DNA of 64,000 nt from an uncultured Candidatus Rokubacteria bacterium. Its GTDB lineage: Bacteria > Methylomirabilota > Methylomirabilia > Rokubacteriales > CSP1-6. Each line of letters begins with the position of its first letter. The stretch's first letter is position 1. Positions 1 to 10,349 of the stretch are shown here, piece by piece. Under the pieces are notes generated by a model. It did no database searches and was not told the DNA's origin. It worked only from the letters and a program-made list of their open reading frames with translations. Location: NCBI GenBank assembly GCA_963789955.1, contig CAWBMV010000034.1, positions 384,001 through 448,000 of the forward strand. The letters run 5' to 3'. The translations under genes and the position numbers were made by a program.

Positions 1-288
1 GCTTGACCGGATCCTTGCCGACGTTCAGCGGCGTCTTGCGCCACGCGTAGACCGTGTTCTCGAGATCGATGACGAGCCGGCTGGGCGAGTCCACCAGATC
101 GGCCTTGTATTGCGCCTCGCGCGACGTCTTCACGAACACGGTGACGGAGTCCGAATGCGGCGTCACCGTGACATCGCTGAGCCGCACTGCGTCGTTCTGG
201 GCCCAGGCACCGTACTCGTCGAAGCCAGCAAGGTCAGCGCGAGGCTCACCACGACCGGCACGATGGGGATCCGTCTGTCAGCGTTCAT
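1..288 (-). CDS. pilQ: Type IV pilus secretin PilQ, N-terminal part (signal peptide + AMIN-like domain); runs off window edge; apparent frameshift near 210
   Basis: Manual translation: MNADRRIPIVPVVVSLALTLLAS then, in a shifted frame, AWAQNDAVRLSDVTV...DSPSRLVIDLENTVY (AMIN-type 'P-RLVIDL' motif); lies directly after pilMNOP. Confidence 0.7.
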
Positions 289-750
289 TTAGTTTGTCGC
301 CAGTCTGAGAACCACGCGGTTTGACGGCGCGCCGGTCTTGGGCGCCACCACGAACACCACACTGTCGGAGCCGATCTCCAGCAGGCGGCCATCCCCGAGC
401 GTGTCGCCGGGTTTGAGGATGTACCCGATGCCATCGGGCGCTTCGACCAGCGCGAGCGCCGAGCGATTGCTGCGAACGATACCCGTGAGCCGAGTCGCTG
501 CCACCGTGAGTCCTCCGGAGCCCTCGCGTACTTCGAGGGTTTCGAATGGATCGCGGCGCCCCTTCGGGTCGTACTTCGGCACCGCGATGACGACTTCGGC
601 CGGCACCGCCTGTACGGCGGCCGCGGGTTGGGAGGCGGCGGGCGGCTTCGGCGGCGCAGAGGGAGGCGTGCTCCCACATGCGCCCAGCAACACCACGAAG
701 CCGACCGACATCAGCACCCCCCGGTGTGCGTGCATATGTCTGGTCCTCAC
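289..750 (-). CDS. pilP: PilP-like pilus assembly lipoprotein
   Basis: Lipobox LGAC, 'YDPKGRRDPF' motif, 'LTGIV...ALALVEAPDGIGY..K.GD.LG'; between pilO and pilQ. Confidence 0.8.
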   Translation of the reverse strand: MRTRHMHAHRGVLMSVGFVVLLGACGSTPPSAPPKPPAASQPAAAVQAVPAEVVIAVPKYDPKGRRDPFETLEVREGSGGLTVAATRLTGIVRSNRSALALVEAPDGIGYILKPGDTLGDGRLLEIGSDSVVFVVAPKTGAPSNRVVLRLATN

Positions 751-1343
751 CTTGGCTTCGGCGCCGGCGCCGAGCCCACAGGACGGTACATGTACGTCGC
801 CAGGACCAGCTCGGCGCGGATCGGGTTGCGCGGCCGGTTGAGACCGCTCAACTTGATCTCCGTGACATTCACGACGCGCGCCAGCTTGGCGACCCGCTCG
901 AAGAACTCGCCGAGCTGGTGGTAGCTCGCCTCGGCGTTCACGGCGATCGGGATCTCGCTGTAGTAGTCCCGCACCGCCGGTGGCCGAGGCTGGAAGAGCG
1001 AGACGGCCAGCCCCGACGCCGTCGCGGCGTCAGACAGCGACCGGTAGAGGGTCGGGATCTCCTTCTCGCCGGGAAGCCTGTCTTTGAGCGCGTTGAGGCG
1101 GGCTTCGAGCTCCGTGACCTCGCGACGATACTTCAGCAGGTCGGCGACGATCGCCTTGCTGCGCGTGATCTCGCTCTGCAGCGAGCTCAGCTCGGCATGG
1201 AGCTGCGAGACCTGCGCCTGGGCAGGTGCCAGGAGGAGGAAATAGGCGGCGGCCGCGATGACGATCGCTCCCATGACGCCGACGACGAGCTTCTGCGATC
1301 GGGGGGCGTTGACGATCGGGTCGAAGATCGGTGGGAGCGCCAT
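747..1343 (-). CDS. pilO: Type IV pilus alignment protein PilO
   Basis: N-terminal TM, coiled coil, 'LPGEKEIPTL', 'YHQLGEFFERVAKLARVVN'; operon order. Confidence 0.92.
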   Translation of the reverse strand: MALPPIFDPIVNAPRSQKLVVGVMGAIVIAAAAYFLLLAPAQAQVSQLHAELSSLQSEITRSKAIVADLLKYRREVTELEARLNALKDRLPGEKEIPTLYRSLSDAATASGLAVSLFQPRPPAVRDYYSEIPIAVNAEASYHQLGEFFERVAKLARVVNVTEIKLSGLNRPRNPIRAELVLATYMYRPVGSAPAPKPR

Positions 1344-1344
1344 C

Positions 1345-1911
1345 TCAGCCCTCGAACCGGCAGGTGACTTCGAACGTCACCAGTGGCGCCGGACGGCCCA
1401 GGTCCCGGCGGGTCACGACGAGGTCGACGTCCTTGAACTTCCCCGAAGACCGCAGATTGGACATGAAATCGGAGATCGCCGTGGGGGAGAATGCGGACCC
1501 GGTGATCTTGATCTGTCCGCTCCGTTCCTCCAAAGCGGTCACCCAGAGATCGTTCGGGATCACGCTCGCGAAGGCGTCGACGAGCTCGATTTTCTGTCCC
1601 GGAGCCCGGGTGATCGCCTCGATCACGTCGACGCGCTTGCGCAGCTCGGTCGCCAGGTCGCGGACCTTGCTTTCCTGGCCTATCTGCTGCTTCAGCAGGG
1701 CGAGATCCTTCTGCGCCCGATCGATCTCGGCCGTGAGGTTGGCCTGCGTCGCGGCCAGCACCCACCAGTACACGCCGATGAAAAGCAGGAGGCCAAGGTA
1801 GACGACGCCGAACAGCAAGCCCAGATTGAAAGCCGGCAGGCCGATCTTGAATCCCTTGAACCCGGCGCCGCGCCGGCGGCCGCGCTCGGGCGCGAGGTTG
1901 ATCCTGATCAT
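1345..1911 (-). CDS. pilN: Type IV pilus alignment protein PilN
   Basis: Starts MIRINLAP (INL(L)P PilM-binding motif) at an ATGA overlap with the pilM stop; TM, coiled coil, 'IPNDLWVT', 'ISDFMSNL'. Confidence 0.9.
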   Translation of the reverse strand: MIRINLAPERGRRRGAGFKGFKIGLPAFNLGLLFGVVYLGLLLFIGVYWWVLAATQANLTAEIDRAQKDLALLKQQIGQESKVRDLATELRKRVDVIEAITRAPGQKIELVDAFASVIPNDLWVTALEERSGQIKITGSAFSPTAISDFMSNLRSSGKFKDVDLVVTRRDLGRPAPLVTFEVTCRFEG

Positions 1912-2957
1912 TTCGATTTGTCCCCCGGCCGCCGCAGCGCCAGCCCAACAGCCACGGCGAGAGACGGCCCGGCGGCGTGGACTTCGTCCGCGTACCCCGG
2001 ATCGATCTCGATGCGCTGGAACGGCTTGGTGAGCTCGACCGGGATGCCCCAGTTCGACGACAGGTAGTCGCTGAGCCCGGGCAGCTGGGCGCATCCTCCG
2101 GCGAGAACGATCTTTCCAATGCGCTCGGATTCGGCCGTCGACGCGAAATAGTCGAAGGTCCGTTGAACCTCGAGCGACAACTCGCGCGACACCGCTTCGA
2201 GGGCCGGCACGACGGTCTCCCAGCGGACACCGACGTCGCGGCCGAGCTTGGCGGCCTCCGCCTGCTCGAATGGAATCTTGAGCTGCTGCGCGATGGCCTG
2301 CGTGTAGTTGTTACCGCCGAAGGGAATGTCGCGAGCGAAGATCGTCGAGCCGGCGCGGACCACGTTGGTCTTCATGATCGAGGCGCCGATGTCGATGAGT
2401 GCGACCGTCTCTCCGCGATCGCCCGGATAGTTCAGCTCGAACTGATTGCCGAGCGCGAAGCTGTCGACATCGACGATCGAGGGGGTCAGGCCCGCTTCCT
2501 CGACGACGGCGGCGTACTCGAGCACCTTCGACTTCTTCACCGCGACCAGGATCAGGTCGAGGACACCGTTGTGCTGGCCGATGCTCTGATAGTCGAGGAA
2601 CACCTCGTCGATGGCGAAGGGCACGTGATGCTCGGCCTCGAGCTGGACGACGTCGCCGACTTCCTTCGCCGGCACCTCCGGAATCTGCACTTTCTTGATG
2701 ATCAGTTCCCGGCCGCAGACCGCAATGGCGCAGCCCGTGCCCTTGAGCCCGGCCCGGGAGACGGCGCTTCGGATGGCCTCGACGACCGTCGTGGGGTCCT
2801 TGATGGTGCCATCCGTGATGGCATCCGGGGGAAGGGGTGCGACCCCCAGAGAGGTCAGCGTGTGGGACCCGCCCGACTCCTTGACGTGGACGGCCTTCAC
2901 ACCGCTCGACCCGATGTCGAGGCCGAAAATTTCCGGAGACTTGCGGAAGAACGCCAT
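1908..2957 (-). CDS. pilM: Type IV pilus actin-like protein PilM
   Basis: 'GLDIGSSGVK', 'ALIDIGAS', 'IPFGGNNYTQAI', 'LAGGCAQLPGL', 'AVAVGLALR'. Confidence 0.95.
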   Translation of the reverse strand: MAFFRKSPEIFGLDIGSSGVKAVHVKESGGSHTLTSLGVAPLPPDAITDGTIKDPTTVVEAIRSAVSRAGLKGTGCAIAVCGRELIIKKVQIPEVPAKEVGDVVQLEAEHHVPFAIDEVFLDYQSIGQHNGVLDLILVAVKKSKVLEYAAVVEEAGLTPSIVDVDSFALGNQFELNYPGDRGETVALIDIGASIMKTNVVRAGSTIFARDIPFGGNNYTQAIAQQLKIPFEQAEAAKLGRDVGVRWETVVPALEAVSRELSLEVQRTFDYFASTAESERIGKIVLAGGCAQLPGLSDYLSSNWGIPVELTKPFQRIEIDPGYADEVHAAGPSLAVAVGLALRRPGDKSK

Positions 2958-3230
2958 ATTAAAAGCCTTTCTCCCTGTTGGCTATGTAGTATAGGGCGGC
3001 CCCCGTCGGGGGGGCCAGTATTTTCCCATCTACTACATTCAGGGTCTTACGCAGCCCCGGCCCCCAGACCATGGAACGTTCTGTGCCAGCCTCGCGCCCG
3101 CCGACCAGGCTTCTTGACCCTGCTCGGTACCGCGCGACGCCCGGAATTCGTGACCGCGGGCTCGTCCGACCCCGGGTTCCGGACGTTGGCGACATGGCGG
3201 GATCTTCAGGGTTCCCGGCTCTCATGGCGT

Positions 3231-4578
3231 CTACTGATCGGTCCAGCTCTGCATCGTGACGAATCGGCGTTTGAGCACGTTCTGTACGAGGCCAAGAGCC
3301 TCGTTGCTGTATAAAATGTCGGGTTTGCCTGCGCTGTCGCTCTCGACGTTCGCGACGGCGGCCGGATTGAGCTCATTCACGATCGCGGCGCCGTACACGG
3401 CCTGATTGCCGTCGCCTCGGAAGCGAATACCGACGTTGCGTCCGGTGACGACGATCGGTCCGTTCCAGCGGAAGTTCCCGCTGATCTCCACGACGCTGTT
3501 CTCGACGATGAGAATGCCGGTGCCGGAGCTCGTGCCCGCGAGACTGAGTGACGTGTAGCGTCTGTCGGCGTCGGATAGTGCGCCACGGATGTAGACGATC
3601 TTGGGGTGCGCGCTCGTGCCCCAGCATGTGGAGCTCTCGATATCGGTCCCGCAGGTCGAGCCGATATTGCTGAGTGACGATCCATTGCCCGAGACTGGCG
3701 TTGATCGTCACGTCGGCCGTCGATTTCGCGGCGTCGACGAACTCCGCGACCGCCTGCGACGTCAGCGTGCCGTCGGCCCGAATGGTGTTGGCTCCGCGCG
3801 TCGTCGCGCCGGGGTCAGTCCGGTCCTTGCCGCGGACGTCGATCCGCGGGCCGGCCGCCAATGTCGGTCTCGAGCCGGGCGGCGAGAGCCGGCAGCTCGC
3901 CGTTGACCGCAACGCCATAGACGGCCGTCGCGGCGCCCGTCGGCGCGCCGGGGCGATCGGCGATCTTCGTGTCACGGCCGTCGATCACGAAGCTGGAGAC
4001 GCTGAGGTCCGCCTGCGCGCCGGGGAAGGCGAGCGCGCTGTTGATTGGAAGCGCGGCGGTCTTGGAGATGACCACCACGGTGATCGTGCGTGTGGTCGTG
4101 CCGATCGTCCCGCTGGACGTGACGATGACCTTGCAGTTGCCGTCGTGCGTCGCGTCGCCGGGAGCCGCCGAGTCGCAGCTGCCGATGTTGGTGTCGATCG
4201 CGACGCCGGTCAGCTTGTCGTCGCCAGGCTGGCAGTCGTTGCGGATCCGGACCGTGAACGTGCCGTGCGCGTTGCTGAGACCGGGAAGAGCCGAATTGGG
4301 CACCACCGAGCACCGCACCCTGCGCGCACGTGGCCCCGAGGAGGTAGTCGTTCCACGAGCCCACGTTCGAGGCGAGCGTATCGTACGCATACTCGATGCC
4401 GGCCTCGGCGACGTAGCGGGCGCGAACCGTCTCGCTGTGATTACGGGAGATCTGCGGCTCGAAGGCGCTCGCGGACAGGAACGCCAGCACCAGCCCGGTG
4501 AGGGTCAGCAAGATCATCAGGGCCAGGACGAGCGCCACGCCGTGTTCGTTGTCGATCAGCCGGCTGATTTTGCTGCAT
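3231..4578 (-). CDS. PilX-like minor pilin, broken into at least 4 frames by indels
   Basis: 'NEHGVALVLALMILLTLTGLVLAFLSASAFEPQISRN...ARYVAEAGIEYA' PilX N-terminal pattern; continuation in ORFs 3815-4390, 3373-3975 and 3231-3491. Confidence 0.7.
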
Positions 4579-4582
4579 GACC

Positions 4583-5046
4583 TCAGTCGCGCTTCGGCGG
4601 GCGCGTCAGCTTCGGGTCACGAGCATGGTGACCACGTCGAGTCGCCGTTCCTGATCGACCTGGCCCCGTCCCGTGACCGGCCGATAGAAGACCGTGACCT
4701 GCACGAGCTTGCAGCTCGCCGCGCACGCGCCCCCGGGACTGTCGGTGATCGTCGTCACGCGCCGGTAGAGCGAGGCGTCGGCGACGGAGCCGTAGCCCTC
4801 CGATCGTGGTGCCGGCCTCCAGGGTCGCGCTCGACCAGTTGGTCAGCGCCATCGCCTTGAGCCATTCGAGCCGCTGTTCGGCGAGGAAGGTGGCGGTCGT
4901 CTCGCCCTTGCCGATCTCGATCGCCGCTGGTGGCGTACTGAAATCCAGTGACGACGCCCACTAGACCGATGGCGAGTACGAAGATCGCGACGAGGACCTC
5001 GCCCGAGACGTGAAGCCGAGCCGGCGTTGCGCATTCGCTGTCTCAT
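4583..5046 (-). CDS. PilV-like minor pilin, multiple indels
   Basis: Reconstructed class III signal 'GFT.GEVLVAIFVLAIGLVGVVTGFQYA'; ATGA overlap with the upstream prepilin stop. Confidence 0.6.
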
Positions 5047-5497
5047 CGCACGCTGACGCGGCCGGTCGCGGCGACGACGACGGTCCTTGTGCGCGTTGCT
5101 CGTCGGGTTCGTCAGCGTGTAGGTGCCGGCCGGGCTGGCAGCGCCCAGGCTCGTGAAGACGACGTTCGCGGTCGTGCTGACGTGAAAGGCGCTCGAGTCC
5201 GAGATCCTGATGGCGCCGACGCGATCGGTCCCGGGTCCGATCCAGACCGTACCGCCGCACCCGCCGGTCTTCAGCCGGAGGTGCGCCGGGGCGGCAACCT
5301 CGACGCACACCGTCGTATTCCGGGAGATCGCGATCTGACGACGCGAGATTGATCGAGGTCGCGAGCTCGCGCGCGGCCGCCTGGAGCGCCGCTGTCCTCG
5401 CATAGCTCAAGAGCGTCGGCGCGACGAAGGTCGCGAGAACCCCGGTGATCGCCAGAACCACCATGAGCTCGGCCAGAGTGAACCCGCGGGCATTCAT
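5043..5497 (-). CDS. FimT/FimU-like minor pilin, with indels
   Basis: MNARG|FTLAELMVVLAITGVLATFVAP...LQAAARELA; C-terminal 'VVFTSLG' in a second frame. Confidence 0.75.
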
Positions 5498-6288
5498 CCG
5501 CCCAATCCGCCCACCCACCAGTCGAAGACTCGTTCGCCCCAGAAGAGGGCCATCGCCCCACCCGCGGCAAGGAACGGGCCAAACGGAATAGGATCTTTTC
5601 GGCTACGCAGACCCGCGGCCAAAAGCACGGCCCCGACCGCGCCACCCAAGACGATCGCGACGAACAGAGCGAACAGCAATGCCTTCCACCCGAGAAACGC
5701 GCCGAGCATCGCGCCAAGCTTCAGGTCGCCGCCACCCATGCCGCCCCGGCTTCCGACGATGATCACCAGGAATACACCGCCGCCGACGAGCATGCCGACA
5801 GTCGAGTCGACCCATGAAATGCGCCCTGTCGCGAGGTTGAGGAGCAGCCCGGCGAGGATCCCGGGCAAGGTGATGGCGTCCGGAATGAGCTGATGCTCAA
5901 GATCGATCCCGGTAATCGCGATGAGTGCCGGCAACAGCACGAGCGCGACGACGAAGTTGGCGGTCGCGCCGAGGACGACATACGCCAGGACCAGGACCGT
6001 CGCCGTGATCATCTCGACGATCGGATAGCGCCAGGAGATCGGCATGCCGCACGCCCGACAACGGCCGCGGAGCGCCAGAAACGACAGCACCGGGATGTTG
6101 TCGTACCACTTCAGCAGTGCACTGCAGCCTGGGCAGGCGGAGCCGGGCCGCACGAGGCTGCGCCCCGCCGGGACGCGGGCGACTACGACGTTGAGAAAGC
6201 TGCCGATGGAGAGTCCGAAGAGAGCGACGGCGACAAGAATCCCGGTCGGCCATTCATCAGCGACGGCTCCCAGTTGTGCCACGATCAC
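5494..6288 (-). CDS. pilD: Prepilin peptidase/N-methyltransferase PilD
   Basis: 'GSFLNVVVARVP', two CxxC motifs (CPGC, CRAC), 'IDLEHQLIPD', 'GMGGGDLKL', 'IPFGPFL'; GTG start overlaps the upstream stop. Confidence 0.95.
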   Translation of the reverse strand: MIVAQLGAVADEWPTGILVAVALFGLSIGSFLNVVVARVPAGRSLVRPGSACPGCSALLKWYDNIPVLSFLALRGRCRACGMPISWRYPIVEMITATVLVLAYVVLGATANFVVALVLLPALIAITGIDLEHQLIPDAITLPGILAGLLLNLATGRISWVDSTVGMLVGGGVFLVIIVGSRGGMGGGDLKLGAMLGAFLGWKALLFALFVAIVLGGAVGAVLLAAGLRSRKDPIPFGPFLAAGGAMALFWGERVFDWWVGGLGG

Positions 6289-8219
6289 CAGGTCGGGAGA
6301 AACGCGGGCCCGAGCGTGCTTGCTTTCTTGGTGTCGAACATCCCGAGGATCCCCCACGCTGTCCGGGCGGCGCGCGAATTTCCCTGGTTGAGGTGGACGC
6401 GGCAGAGCCCGTCCCAGGCCGTCGGCGCGTCGTACTTCAGCCAGATGGCCTGACGGAAGAAGCTCAACGCCTCCAGGTATTCTCGGCGCTCGGCGTGCGC
6501 GAACCCCGCATTGACGTGAGCAAGGACGTGTTCGGGTTTGGCTTTGATAGCGCGCTCGAGGAACACGAGCGCTTCGTCCGGACGCTTCGCGGCGAGCAGG
6601 GTCGCGGCCATGTTGGTGAGCGCGTCGGCATCCTTCGGCTTCCGCTCGAGGTACTGGGTGTAGATTGCAAGCGCGCGGGGATAGTCGCCGAGTAGCGCGT
6701 ACGTGTGGCCCAGGTGCTGCAGGGTCTTGGGTTCGCCCGGTCGGAGTGCCATCACGCGCTCGAATTCGGCCTTGGCCAGCTCCAGATGGCCCTGAGTGGA
6801 GAGCAGCACACCCAGGTTGCCGCGGCAGAGCGCGCAATTCGGCTCGGACTCGATCGCGTACCGCCAGAGATTCTCCGTATCCCTCCAGATCTGGACCTGC
6901 TGAGCGCTCAGATAGGCGAGACCACAGAACCACAGCACGCCGAGTCCCGCCAAGACTTTGAGGAATGGCGGGCGAAGGGCCCCGGTCGCTCCGAGCTGAA
7001 TGACCCCGCCGACAAGGGCACCGACGAGCAACGCGAGCGCCAATCCCGGGAGATAGCTGTATCGGTCATTCGTCAGCTGGTATCCGGAGTGGATGATCCC
7101 GATCACGGGACCGAGCGCAATGGCATAGCAAGCCCAGACCGCGAGGCCCGCCGGCCACCGCTTCCTCAGGACGACCACCGCCGCGGTGATCATCGTCACG
7201 GCGATCGCCGGCACGAGGAACTGTCGGTCCAGCAGGCTCACCCGCTCAGGAAGCTCGTAGAGGGGCGACAGCCCCTGCGGTACCACGGTCTTCGCGAGGT
7301 AGAACCACAGGCTGTAGAACACCATGGCGGGCCGGGCGGACAACGGGTATCGCTCCAGTGGCGTGATGAAGCTGTTCGCGTTCTGTGCGTAGTACCCGAG
7401 GGCGGCACCCAACACGCCGAGGAACATGAACGGAACCTTTTCGAGCCAGACCGTCCGCGCCGCTGCTCCCGTCCACTCTTGCCAGCGACCGCCCAGCCGC
7501 CGGAGCGGGTAGACGTCGAGCACCACGAGCATCAGGGGCAGCACCATCACGCTCGACTTCGAGACAAGAGCCAGCACGTACATGCCGACCGATCCCGCGA
7601 GCAGCCATCTCCGGCGTTTCCCTGCCGCTTCGACGGCCACGAGGTACAGCAGGATGGTCAGAAGAAAGAACAGCCCGGCGAGAACATCGCGCCGCTCGGT
7701 GGCCCACCCGACGGACTCGGCGCGCAGCGGGTGGATGACGAAGAACAGTGTGGCCGCGATCGCCGACACGCGAAGCGTTCCGTCCGCGAAGGCGGTGGCG
7801 TGGCGCAGTATACGTAGCGCGACGAAGTAGAAGACCGGCGCGTTGGCGGCGAAGATGATCAGGCTCGTCAGATGATAGCCGGCCGGATTCATTCCCCAGA
7901 GGACGTAGTCGAGGCCGAGCGTGAGCCAGGTTAGCGGAATCCAATGGCCCATCAGCGTCGTGCTGAACATCCACCGGATCTGCGGCCAGGTGAGGCCCCG
8001 ATACGCCGGGTTTTCCAGAAAATTCATGTAGTCGTCCCACGCGACGAATCCGTTCCAGAGCGTGGGCAGGAAGACCAGGAACGTGACCAGGGCGAGCGCG
8101 GCCGGGATGACCCAAGGACCGATGAGGATGCTCAGTGACGTTGGGAGCGGGCTGTGCTCGGACTTGGTCGGCCGCGCGGATACCACCGCTCCGACCTCGA
8201 CGCCTTCGATACGTGACAA
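6285..8219 (-). CDS. TMTC-like polytopic GT-C glycosyltransferase with C-terminal TPR repeats
   Basis: 'NGFVAWDD' acidic loop motif, 'WIPLTWLT', 'GYHLTS', 'HPLRAESVGWATERRD', 'DRYSYLP', 'WRDTENLW', then TPR-like repeats; TTG start at 8219 after a GAGGGG RBS. Confidence 0.8.
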   Translation of the reverse strand: MSRIEGVEVGAVVSARPTKSEHSPLPTSLSILIGPWVIPAALALVTFLVFLPTLWNGFVAWDDYMNFLENPAYRGLTWPQIRWMFSTTLMGHWIPLTWLTLGLDYVLWGMNPAGYHLTSLIIFAANAPVFYFVALRILRHATAFADGTLRVSAIAATLFFVIHPLRAESVGWATERRDVLAGLFFLLTILLYLVAVEAAGKRRRWLLAGSVGMYVLALVSKSSVMVLPLMLVVLDVYPLRRLGGRWQEWTGAAARTVWLEKVPFMFLGVLGAALGYYAQNANSFITPLERYPLSARPAMVFYSLWFYLAKTVVPQGLSPLYELPERVSLLDRQFLVPAIAVTMITAAVVVLRKRWPAGLAVWACYAIALGPVIGIIHSGYQLTNDRYSYLPGLALALLVGALVGGVIQLGATGALRPPFLKVLAGLGVLWFCGLAYLSAQQVQIWRDTENLWRYAIESEPNCALCRGNLGVLLSTQGHLELAKAEFERVMALRPGEPKTLQHLGHTYALLGDYPRALAIYTQYLERKPKDADALTNMAATLLAAKRPDEALVFLERAIKAKPEHVLAHVNAGFAHAERREYLEALSFFRQAIWLKYDAPTAWDGLCRVHLNQGNSRAARTAWGILGMFDTKKASTLGPAFLPTW

Positions 8220-8268
8220 GAATTTCCCCTCTCGACCCGGGAGACCGTTCTCAGCGTGCGGGCACAAG

Positions 8269-8303
8269 CACGCGCGGGAAGAGAGTGACTCTTCCCGCGC
8301 GTG
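8269..8303 (-). terminator. 15-bp GC-rich hairpin just after pilA (leaky terminator or mRNA stabiliser)
   Basis: CACGCGCGGGAAGAG-agtga-CTCTTCCCGCGCGTG; only a weak U-tract on the minus strand. Confidence 0.65.
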
Positions 8304-8321
8304 GGTGCGATGTTTGAGCCG

Positions 8322-8738
8322 TTACGGCAGCGAGACGGACGTGTTGTCGCCGCTCGCGGAGATCACGAAGGTGCCGGCCGCCGTGTCACTGGTGAAGGCA
8401 TACGTACCGGTCCAGCCAGCCGGAGGAGTCGGAATCGTCGCCATGAACGGACCAGCCGACTGGTTGAGGGTGTTCACCGCGACCGCCGTCAGCACGCTGA
8501 GCCCGTTGGAAGGCGGCACGACGCCCATGTGCGCGGAGTAGATCGACACCGCCGACGCGAGGGCACGCGCGTCAGCCTGGGCCTTGGCGATCCGGGCGCG
8601 AGCCTGAACGTTGGCGTAGAGCGGGATGGCGATGGCCGCCAGGATGCCGATGATCGCGACAACGATCATCAGCTCGATGAGGGTGAAGCCTCGCTGGTTC
8701 GCTACCGTGAGCCGCTTTTTGGTCCACCACCGAATCAT
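8322..8738 (-). CDS. pilA: Major type IVa pilin
   Basis: QRG|FTLIELMIVVAIIGILAAIAIP class III signal; strong RBS (AAGGAGG); downstream of pilSR with a sigma54 promoter. Confidence 0.92.
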   Translation of the reverse strand: MIRWWTKKRLTVANQRGFTLIELMIVVAIIGILAAIAIPLYANVQARARIAKAQADARALASAVSIYSAHMGVVPPSNGLSVLTAVAVNTLNQSAGPFMATIPTPPAGWTGTYAFTSDTAAGTFVISASGDNTSVSLP

Positions 8739-8798
8739 TGTTGCCTCCTTATTGTGTGCGCTGCACTGAAGCTATTTGTTTCTCGTAACCGGTGAAGA

Positions 8799-8814
8799 TG
8801 CAGCTTCAGTGCCA
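8799..8814 (-). promoter_or_regulatory. Sigma54 -24/-12 promoter of pilA
   Basis: Minus strand TGGCACTGAAGCTGCA = GG-N10-GC; IHF-like TTTCAGTCATTTA at 8842-8854; the PilR activator is encoded next door. Confidence 0.85.
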
Positions 8815-8963
8815 CCGCCCCTAGGGCTAGCCAGGCAGCCTTTTCAGTCATTTAGGTCTAAATTTCCGGACAGCCGCAGGTTCTGCCTGACAGGCCGTGG
8901 CAATCGAGGTGACGAAAAGCGACAAGTCGAGGGGCGCGCCCACGGAGTTCACCGGCAGCGGCG

Positions 8964-10341
<1,378 letters not shown>

Positions 10342-10349
<8 letters not shown>

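Noticed and set aside
3072..3088. Possible sigma54 promoter upstream of pilM (TGGCACAGAACGTTCCA, minus strand)
   Set aside because: The -24 box is perfect but there is no GC at the -12 position (GG-N10-TC); insufficient to call.
8322..8738. Electrically conductive (Geobacter-type) e-pilin
   Set aside because: The mature pilin is ~120 aa with modest aromatic content and long aromatic-free gaps; not the short aromatic-dense type.
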